A stretch of 64,000 bases of DNA from contig JANHCV010000002.1 of NCBI GenBank assembly GCA_025594325.1, positions 372,001-436,000 of the forward strand, given 5' to 3'. A program made the position numbers and the translations under genes. The DNA is from Blastocladiella emersonii ATCC 22665 (lineage: Eukaryota > Fungi > Blastocladiomycota). The notes below the pieces were generated by a model. It did not search any database. It saw nothing but the letters and a program-made list of their open reading frames with translations, and was not told the origin of the DNA. Shown in pieces: positions 44,284-53,025 of the stretch; positions within the stretch are counted from its first letter, which is position 1, and every line of letters begins with the position of its first letter.

Positions 44284-45413
44284 GGTGGTCGGGTAGTTGT
44301 TGATGCGTAGAGGGTGGCGCTCGCAGGTCAGAGGGAGGCCCGTGGAGAGCGAGCGCCGGCCGCGCGCGTGCCCGCCAGCTTTATACCCGCCGCCCCAACG
44401 GCCGCAGTGCTCATGGTGGCGGGATCCGAGCGCGAGGGCAACGGCGAGGAACGAGAACGAGAACGGGGAGCAGCAGCGTCGGGTCGCTCGCGTTTGCGTG
44501 CCGGCTGCTGCGACGCGACAGAACCTTCGTCTCCGCCGGCCGGCCGCGCTTTCTCTCCCTCTCAAGCGCGGAAACCCTCTCCAGGGTCCCCTTGCGTCAA
44601 AGAAACTCTCCGCAATCGAATGGAACAGCCCTTGAGGTTGCATGACCGTGATCGTGCCAAGGGCGGGTGGTCATTGAGCTCGCGCTCGTCGCAGCGTGAC
44701 CTGCTGCGAGCGAGAGCGTGCGTATGGAGATCGCGTTGCAATGAGTCGTGTTCGCCTTGAGCGTGCCATCTCGTCAGTCTCAAGGAGATGAATCGCGTCG
44801 CTTCGCCGCGATCGCGCAACGGGCGGTGGTCGGCGCGTGTCATGCTCGTGCGCCGCAACGCGGTTTGTCGCACGCGACGGCGTGTGCGTGGAGATCGTGC
44901 TACACTGAGCCGTGCCCGCTTTGAGTGCGTTGTTACTCTCAAGGAGGAGGATCGCGAAGCGAAGCTTTGATGCGGGCCGGGTCGGTGTCGCGTCGCGTCG
45001 CGTCCTGTCGTTTCTTTGGCGCTCTCAGACCCACGTAAGCACAGCGACTTTGCGACCTTGAGACTGTGGTACACCTCGGTCGCGGACGGTAAACTCTTAC
45101 CTCTTCTCCGCGGACTTTTGGTGAGACAGCGGCAACAGTGGGGTTCGCGAGACTGCCCGCACTTCTCACTTCGCGCTCCCGCGCTGCTCTCGCTTTGGGT
45201 GCCTACGCGCTTGTCCGTAACACTAGTCATTTATTAGTCGGATGGCAGCGCAGCACGAATAATGGGATACGACCGCGTTGGTCGAGAGTCCATCGCACGC
45301 TCACCTCCAATGATTCCCAGGGATGGCAGTGATCCAACATAAAGTTGTATGTCACATGAACACCTTGACACTACAGAATGGACCAACGAGCACAATGAAA
45401 GCCGCCTCGTGCA

Positions 45414-46664
45414 TCACTCTTCCTTGATGAGGCCCGAGTCGCGCCACCACGCGACGATTCGGTCAAACCCGAGATCTTCTGCCGTTCTTACAGCATAACG
45501 TGCAGCAACGCACGGGAGAGTGAGCCCAGAGCTTCTCCAGCACTCAAGCCGCTGGAGGACTGCGACTTGGTCATCACCCTTGGCAACGCCGAGCCATTCA
45601 ATTGGACACTTGGGCTCGTTGCAGATGAGCCACTTCAAGACACGCGTCTTACTATGTCGATTGGCGTACGCAAGAAACGAGAGCCGAAGTGCATCAGTGT
45701 ACTCGTCAAAGTCGGGCTTCTCCTCGCCCAACAAGTGCGCTGACGCGGCAGCTGCAGCTCGAGTTGAGAAAGCAGAAGCATCCAACTTGTCTACATCGCT
45801 CAACGCCTCGAGCGGAATCTCGTAGTCGCTGACCTCAAGGAATGGCAGCCACAACGGGTTCACGTTGAGGGCAATCCAACCGAGTGCCTCCGTGTTCTCC
45901 ATGTCAATGAGGCGAGAGAGAAGCTCTTCCCAGTCAACACAATTATGGAGCCATTCTGGGCTGATATCAAGACTGGCGATAACTTTGAAGCTGCTGACTA
46001 TGAGTGCCGCTTCGAGCGCGCCTGTTCGCTTCCCTGAGTCTCCGATTGGGCTTAGGCCGCAGTCGCTGAGCAGGTCAACAAGATCCGGGTCATCGCGCTC
46101 AATGGCCTCGGTAAACAAGCGAGGTGACGCCTTAACCTTGAGTCCGCTCTCAGACCACCACATGAGCGATTCGAGCTTCCGCGCGTGCGCCGCTTCATCG
46201 ACCGAGCGCTCCGTATACTGGACGGAGGCGATGTTGGTGCGGAACCAGTCAAGTACGGCGATCTGGCCATTTGCTGATGCGAGGTCGATGAAGTCAGGCG
46301 ACTTGGGCAGCTTCCCACCGAACTCAGACCACGAATTGAGCAGGTCAACACGACCGTCGACGCAGAGCAACGACAGGTAGAAGTGAAGCTGGTTGGGATC
46401 GGTCGGGTAAGGGTTGCTGCGGCAATCAATGAGAGCCTTGCGCAGCATCTGATTCTTCGGGTTTAAGGCGCGCTGGATTCGGTCGTGCAAAGAACGGCGG
46501 AGTGCAGCATGATGAAGTTGAGCGAGACCTGGTGCGACGCGGAGCAGTGGTAGCTGGTCGGTGCCACGCGGGTCGACGCGGATGGCCCACACAAGGATGT
46601 CCTCGACCAGCTCATAAGGCAAGCGTTGCATCGAGTTTTGACCTGTATTCATGGCGTGTTTCAT
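45414..46664 (-). CDS. F-box-like + degenerate ankyrin-like repeat protein (416 aa)
   Basis: N-terminal QRLPYELVEDIL; repeats IDLASANGQIAVLDWF..., VDEAAHARKLESLMWWSESGL, LECWRSSGL, IVAWWRDSGL. The start may be 46664, 46652 or 46631. Confidence 0.7.
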   Translation of the reverse strand: MKHAMNTGQNSMQRLPYELVEDILVWAIRVDPRGTDQLPLLRVAPGLAQLHHAALRRSLHDRIQRALNPKNQMLRKALIDCRSNPYPTDPNQLHFYLSLLCVDGRVDLLNSWSEFGGKLPKSPDFIDLASANGQIAVLDWFRTNIASVQYTERSVDEAAHARKLESLMWWSESGLKVKASPRLFTEAIERDDPDLVDLLSDCGLSPIGDSGKRTGALEAALIVSSFKVIASLDISPEWLHNCVDWEELLSRLIDMENTEALGWIALNVNPLWLPFLEVSDYEIPLEALSDVDKLDASAFSTRAAAAASAHLLGEEKPDFDEYTDALRLSFLAYANRHSKTRVLKWLICNEPKCPIEWLGVAKGDDQVAVLQRLECWRSSGLTLPCVAARYAVRTAEDLGFDRIVAWWRDSGLIKEE

Positions 46665-46785
46665 GGCAATAGGGTTGCGGAGCGGAAAGAAGCGGCCAGC
46701 ACGCGACGGTCGGTCGAGTCACTAGTGCGTTCCTCGCGTCGCTCAGTCAGGTGTCAGGCACTCGTCCCCGCTCCCTGGACATCGA

Positions 46786-49016
46786 ATGAGAGTCACCATG
46801 GACGCGAATGAAACCGCAACGACTCGCCGCATTGGGATGTGCGACCTCCCGCGCGAGGTCCTCGCCCTCGTCGTCGCGCAGCTTGCCCACTTTGATGTCT
46901 GGCGCGAGTCGGCGGACAAGGCAAAGCATCGCGCCAGCGACAACATGGACATTGTCGACGGAATTGACCTGCGCACGCGCTGCCTTGCCCTTCTCGCACT
47001 TGGCCTAACGTGCCGAGGCATGTACGAGGTCACGCAGCGCGAGCTTTTCGCGGCGTTGACGGCCAAGGGCTCGCGGCGCACCGCCCTGGCCACGCACAGC
47101 ACCTTTCCCACGCTGGCAGCTAGTGGCGGCACTAGCCCTTGGAGCTTTGTCTCTGGCCACTGCGCGTTCCGCTCTGACGGGTTCATCTTCCGCCTTGCTG
47201 CTCAAGACTCGGCCTCGCCATCGTTGCCGTACCAAACGCTCCCGTACCCAATGGACCGCATCCGCTACCTCGACCTGCGGTCCTTGCCGCTCGAAACCTC
47301 GACCAAGCGAGGCCATGCCGCCGCGCAGGCCCGTCTGCGTGCGAGCAGTTTGCTCGTTACGCAGATTCTTGGTCGTACTCCCAGTTTGCAGCACCTTGCC
47401 TTCGACCCGACGGTCCTCGTTCGAGACGACATTGCTGCCGTACTTGATTCGTCGTGGCGCCCGAACCTCAAATCCTTGGTGCTGCAAGCCTGCGGACCCG
47501 AGAAATCGTACGTCAACCTTGATCTCGCTGGCATTCACATGCCAGCTCTCCACCGCTTGGTTCTCGTTGAGCGTCGGCCAATCTCGAACAGTCTCGTTCA
47601 TGTGACAAGCCTTCCTATCGTCCCTCTTTGCGCACACCTTGTGCTGGAATCGGTCAAGTTTGCAGCGGCAGCGGCAACCTCCATCTCCACTATGGTCCAT
47701 CTTCGCCACTTCGAATTCAAGCATGCCAACAGCCTCAAGTCGTCCGGCGGCGTGTCGCCGTCAACCATGCAGCTTCTCGCAGCGTCACTTCCTCCGTCTC
47801 TTGAGTCGATCGTCCTTCGAGGTGTGCCAGCTAACTTTCTGCGTAACATCGCGGTCCTGCCACAGCTGCGGTCCATTTCCGTCGTTGACTTGACCAGTTC
47901 ACGGCCCGACGCCAACGGGTCCTACGAGTCGCCTGAACTCTTTGACCCGTCTCGTCTACCAGCACTTGTCACCTGGAGCCTTCAGTGCAATGGTGGCAGC
48001 GGGTCAATGACGCCTGACTCTTTCGAGATTCATCAGGCGCTCGCTGCGGCACTTTCTCTTGAAACAGTCACGCTCGACCTGAACTTGCCGCGACACGCAC
48101 CAGCAAACACTCCGCTGTTCCCGCAGGCTTTGAACCTCAAGTCGCTCACCGCACCAGCAACCGTCTGCGCGCAGTTGTTTGGCGAAGGCGGATTTGCTGC
48201 CACGGCACCTCACCTGGAGTACCTCAGTCTCCTCTCCCCATTGTCACAGCTACACTCTACCAGTCCTCGCGCTTGCGACCTCCTTCAACTCCCCACATTT
48301 GCCCACCTCGTCGAACTATCGCTGGTCGCTGCAAGTGATGTCTCGTTGAACGGCGCTTCATTTCCCAATCTGAAATCGCTCCACATTCTCCCGCACCACT
48401 TGAACGAGATCACGCAGGTTCGGTCGCGCTTCCAAATCTGCAGGACCTTGATGTCGACTCTGCGGTCGCGTCGCAGGCACCGCTCGCGCTTGTCCCGCCC
48501 AGCGGAGATCTTCTGCTCAAGCTTGAACGGGTCCAAGTGGCCACCCGTGTGAGCCCTCAAACATCGCCAATGACCATGTCCCCGTGCATGTTCAAGTGGC
48601 TGATCTCGCGCCCCAAACTTCGCCAGCTGAAAGTTTGGGTCGGCGGCTCGCAGGCTACCACGCGGACGTCAATGACGACGGTAGCGACGCGGCTGCCGAC
48701 TGGAGGTTTCTCCTACGCGTACTCCGTCACTTGGGACACGGTATCCAGCGAGCCGTGGTTCTGGGACATGGCGTTGGATGTCTTCCGCACGCTTACGGCC
48801 GCGCCGCTTTCTCGTTTCGAGCTGAAAGTCGACTGCATCGGTGCCTTTTCGAAGCTCGCGCTCCCGCAGGACGCGGAGGTGACGATTGTGCGCAAATTTG
48901 CCGCCGAGCTCATGGGGCCGCGAGCTGGAGCACCCGCTCCGTCACTCATCGTCGTTGGCGTCGGCGGTCCGTTGCCGCCCGCCATCTCGGAAGTCGTGCG
49001 TGGCATTCTCGAGTAA
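46786..49016 (+). pseudogene. F-box-like/LRR family copy 4, single frameshift near 48418
   Basis: CDLPREVLALVV and SPWSFVSGHCAF motifs plus LRRs. After EITQ the homology to copy 5 (EIAQAGVGIPNVRKL) continues in another frame (GSVALPNLQDLDV...FKWLISRPKLRQLKV) to the stop at 49016. May be an assembly error. Confidence 0.65.
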
Positions 49017-49069
49017 TACACTCTGCTCTCGGTTTTCGAACGATCCCGAAGCAGACTTTGTGACGCGAG

Positions 49070-49090
49070 ACGCGTCAATCTATCATGTGA
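49070..49090 (+). promoter_or_regulatory. Composite upstream motif of F-box/LRR copy 5
   Basis: ACGCGTC-AATC-TATCATGTGA, 82 bp before the ATG at 49172. Confidence 0.65.
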
Positions 49091-49171
49091 TGTGGCGCCG
49101 CCGCAATCGGGCGCTATCGCACAGCGAGCGGGGCTCGAGTCTGCTCACAGACGGCGACCACGGATCGGACA

Positions 49172-51322
49172 ATGGAATCGAATGAACGGAATGAAACTTG
49201 CTGCATTGGACTGAGGGACCTCCCGCACGAGATCCTCGAACGTGTGGTCGAGTGGCTCGCGCCGGTCGACTTGGCGCAGTGGGAGCAACGCAGCGACGAC
49301 GCGGACGTGGACGGCTTTGACCCCCGCACACGGGCTCGCCAGCTGCTCCGACTGGGCGCAACCTGCCGAGTGCTCAAGGACGTTACCCGGACACAGCTCT
49401 TTGCCGTCTTGCGGGCAGCTACCGCGGCCTCAAATGCGCTCCCGGGAAGCGACACGTTTCCCGCTCTCGAGGCAGCGCCCGGTGATTCTCAATGGGTGCT
49501 CGCCTCAGGCCGTCGTGGCTTTTGCGCCGACGGGACCATCCGTCGGCTTCTCATCAACGACGCGCTCGTGACAACGATCGCGTACCCAATGGAGCACATC
49601 CGCTTTCTGGATCTTCGTGGGATGCCGCTGGAGCGAAACGAGTCGGGTGCAACCACCGGCCGCCCATTGCTCAACATCAAGAGCAGCAACCAATTGTTGA
49701 AACGCGTGCTGGACCATACCCCTGGCCTTCAACACCTCGCTCTCGATCCAACCACGTTTACGACGAGCGGCCTCGCGGCGGCATTCAAGTCACCGTGGCG
49801 CGAACACCTTCGCAGCCTGACGCTGCAGGATAACCGAGCATTTGGAACGGACATTGTTGTCGATCTCGCTCCTGTCGTGCTGCCCAACTTGCGTCGGCTG
49901 ATCATCGTCCACAGACCTTGCGGCACTACTACAGTCTACGGACTCCCGGCGGCTCCTTTTTGCAACGACCTTGTTCTTGACTCGATCAACTTTACGGCCG
50001 CATCGCACTTTTTGGCTTCCGTCGCGACCATGGACCGGCTTCACCACCTCAGTTTCACGCGGACTCGAACCCGTTTCGACGAGCACGGCGCGTCCGAGGA
50101 GGTACTGCGCCAATTCGTTGCGTCGCTGCCGCCCTCACTCGAGTCGCTCGAGTTGCGACGCGTGCCCTCGGATCTCATGCGACACGCCGCCACGCTTCCT
50201 CGGCTGCGACGCGTCAGTATTCACCACCAAAATGCCTGGCAAGTCCCCGACTTTACGCCGCTCATGTCGGGGGCGAGTATTTTCGCTCCCGCGTGTGTAC
50301 CCGCTCTGACCCAGTGGGTCGACGATACGGTCCTGCCCATCACCATGGATCACCTCACGACGCTGTTTGCGATCCCGACGCTCGAGCACGTCGAGTTCTA
50401 CTCGGCCAAGCTGCTTGGACTCGGGAGTGCAGTGACTGAAGGCCAGTCGCTCCTCAGTCTCAAATCGCTGACCGCTTCCTCGGCTTTCTGCAACCGGCTC
50501 TTTGGCAGGTTTGGTGTCACGGCTCCGCGACTCGAGCGCCTGGACCTCCTCTGCGTCCCCGATGTGCCAGGTGCCGCAACTGCCGCCAAAGTCCTGTCGC
50601 TTGCCGCTTTCAGTGGGCTCAAAGAGCTTCGGATTCGCGATCATCGCGTGAACCTGACCGGTGCCTCGCTCCCGCACCTCGACATGCTTGATATTCGTTC
50701 CACTCACTTGGACGAGATCGCGCAAGCCGGCGTTGGCATCCCAAACGTGCGCAAGCTGGTGGTCCGCGTCGTTCCGCGCGCGTCCGCTGTTCGGCCGCCA
50801 GTTCACGAACCCATGGACCAGCTTCGCGGAGTGGAGCTCCACTTCCCCATGTCATCGTCATTGAAAACAGGCGCTACTGTTCCGCCGAGCTTTCTCGAAT
50901 GGTTGACGTCAAGGCCGCATCTCCGCCGCCTCGATGTGCACGGTGCCGGGTACGGTGTGAGCATGGCGCAGCTCACGCCCGCGATCCGGCCTCCTATGAA
51001 CTCGCCGTGCCGAGTGTACCAGCTCTCGTGGCACGTCGGCCACGCGCGGATGCAGGTTTGGCGTGCGCTGCTCGACATGGTCGCGCGGCATTCGATCAAT
51101 CCGTCGCCGCTCCCTGTGAGCGTTGACCTGAAGCTGTGCCTCGATCAAGAGGCGGATGTACTAGTGCCGAGCACGGAAGAAATCAGTGCTGTTCGCTCGC
51201 TCATTGCGGCGATTGTTGGACCACGAGCGGCAGTCGCAGGCAGCGCGCCGTTCAACGTGGTCGGCGGACGCGAAACCGTGCCGCCGCAGCTTGTTTTAAT
51301 CCTTGACGCCATGTTCCCCTAA
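49172..51322 (+). CDS. F-box-like/LRR family copy 5 (intact, 716 aa, intronless)
   Basis: LRDLPHEILERVV; FPALEAAPGDSQW...YPMEHIRFLDLRG; LRRs; C-terminal SWHVGHARMQVWRALLDMV...VDLKLCL shared with copies 1 and 2. Confidence 0.78.
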   Translation: MESNERNETCCIGLRDLPHEILERVVEWLAPVDLAQWEQRSDDADVDGFDPRTRARQLLRLGATCRVLKDVTRTQLFAVLRAATAASNALPGSDTFPALEAAPGDSQWVLASGRRGFCADGTIRRLLINDALVTTIAYPMEHIRFLDLRGMPLERNESGATTGRPLLNIKSSNQLLKRVLDHTPGLQHLALDPTTFTTSGLAAAFKSPWREHLRSLTLQDNRAFGTDIVVDLAPVVLPNLRRLIIVHRPCGTTTVYGLPAAPFCNDLVLDSINFTAASHFLASVATMDRLHHLSFTRTRTRFDEHGASEEVLRQFVASLPPSLESLELRRVPSDLMRHAATLPRLRRVSIHHQNAWQVPDFTPLMSGASIFAPACVPALTQWVDDTVLPITMDHLTTLFAIPTLEHVEFYSAKLLGLGSAVTEGQSLLSLKSLTASSAFCNRLFGRFGVTAPRLERLDLLCVPDVPGAATAAKVLSLAAFSGLKELRIRDHRVNLTGASLPHLDMLDIRSTHLDEIAQAGVGIPNVRKLVVRVVPRASAVRPPVHEPMDQLRGVELHFPMSSSLKTGATVPPSFLEWLTSRPHLRRLDVHGAGYGVSMAQLTPAIRPPMNSPCRVYQLSWHVGHARMQVWRALLDMVARHSINPSPLPVSVDLKLCLDQEADVLVPSTEEISAVRSLIAAIVGPRAAVAGSAPFNVVGGRETVPPQLVLILDAMFP

Positions 51323-51373
51323 TACATCAGTAGAGAACACTCAGTCCCCTTCTCGTATCTTGCTCCGTTGATC

Positions 51374-53025
51374 TCAAAAGTGGGTGATCGACGGAATGGC
51401 GAGGTCTGCGGCCCTGTCCCGCGAACTCTGCCTCGACCTCAGAGTGAAGCGACGCGTTCCGTTCGCTAGAGATACAATTTCATAGTTACAGGGCCGCCGA
51501 TTCGCGGGCCATCTCACCTCCTTCCTCTTGGTTAGATCAGCGATCTTGCTCCTCGGTAATCGACATAAACGACAGCGCGTACATGCCGCGGGGATGCGAC
51601 GCGTTGACCGAGCCCGGCCGCGACTGCTGGTGCGCGCTAACGATGCTGTGCACGGCCGACGGGTCCCTGCGGCAGGGAAAGCGATAAGCTGCGTCCACGT
51701 CGTCCCGGCAAGGCATTTCAAGTCAAGCTCCTCGTCCTTGTCACTCCGAAGGTTAGAAGAGAAGTCGAGGTGGGTCAGCGAAGGGCGCTCGCGGCCGGCA
51801 AGAGCGAACAAGGCGACAACGCTGTTGCACACGTTGAGGAGCCGGAGCCGCTGGAGGACCGGTGGGAGTTTGTCAAAGATCGCGTATAATCCTTTGACAC
51901 TGAGTCGCATGTTTTCGCTGAGGTCCAGGATCGTCAGCGTGCGAGGGAGATGGCGAGCAAGCACCACCACGCCATAATTGGATATGTCATTGCCAGAAAG
52001 ACGTAACTCGAGCAGCTTCGACGGTAACTTGGGAGCAATCACGGCCGCGCCAGCACTGCGAATCGAGCAATTGTGAATGGAAAGCGCATCGAGCGAGCCA
52101 CACAACCCGGCACCCAAGAACCGGAGCGCGTCGGCATCCAGATCCCACTCAACGATCTTCAGTGAGGTTAAGAAGGTTGGTAGATACGCGAGTGAGCAGC
52201 CCGCAGCGAGGGTCTGAGGTCTTCGTCCTCCAGGGACAGTGATGCGAGTGCCACCGGGAGCCATGGGCCTGCATTCGCGGAGCACCGGTGCGCGAGTCAG
52301 TTCGACTTGAGGTCGAGCGCGGGAAGCGATGGCGGAAGATCAAGCATGCGGAATCGTTCCCAGTTCAATTCAACCATATTGAGGGCCAGCGACGTGATGG
52401 TACGTCCGGGGACCGCAAATGCTCGATTGAGCGAAGCAATGCCGTCGACCGACACACGTTTCCTCGTGAGATCGACGCGATGGGAAGACATGAAAGGAGT
52501 GGACTCGAGTCGGCGGCGGACCATTTCGCATTCATCGTCCCCCTCCGCGACGCGAGACCCAAGCGCAATCGTTCCCTATAGTTTGTTGATTAGATTCATT
52601 GCGTAAGGGGAGGGAAAAAGCATCGCACGCACCCGAGAGAGGTGAGCCGGAAGGTCGCGGTATTTGAGGGCGAGCCCCGAGTCGCGCCAAAAGTCAAGCA
52701 CGTCATAAAGTTCCCTTTCGGCGGCTAGCTCGAGCGCGTTGTGTGTGTACTCAAGAGGGAGTCCGTGAAACACGTGGAAGCGCAGAAGATCGACGCGCCC
52801 GCTGGCACTCGCCTCGTCGGCGGAAACGCTTAAAACGAGGCGCTCAATCGCCCGGACGACTCCGGGTATCTGTGCACGAAGCATAACTCGAGAATAGGCC
52901 GAGAGCGGGCGAATGTCTGTCGCGACGCCGTCGCCGTGCAAGCGAACCGCTTCGACGAGGATTCGCTCGACGAGCTCGGGAATAGCAAGAGTAGGTTGAC
53001 GATGCATCAAGTCGGGGAGCTCCAT
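51374..53025 (-). pseudogene. Disrupted F-box-like/ankyrin-like + RNI-like LRR gene
   Basis: ORF 52576-53025 (LAIPELVERIL; ADEASASGRVDLL; VLDFWRDSGL) continues in frame past TAG 52576-52578 into ORF 52297-52524 (LPPSLPALDLKSN), past TGA 52297-52299 (LPVALASLSLED), then frameshifts near 52190 into LPTFLTSLKI...LPSKLLELRLSGNDI...LPRTLTILDLSEN. Confidence 0.65.

Noticed and set aside
44562-45230. 222-aa minus-strand ORF upstream of the metacaspase
   Set aside because: Non-ATG start, no codon bias, no motifs; probably intergenic.
45351-45372. GTCACATGAACACCTTGACAC, resembling the LRR promoter motif
   Set aside because: Only the TCACATGA half matches, the spacing differs, ACGCGT is absent, and there is no family gene at the expected distance.
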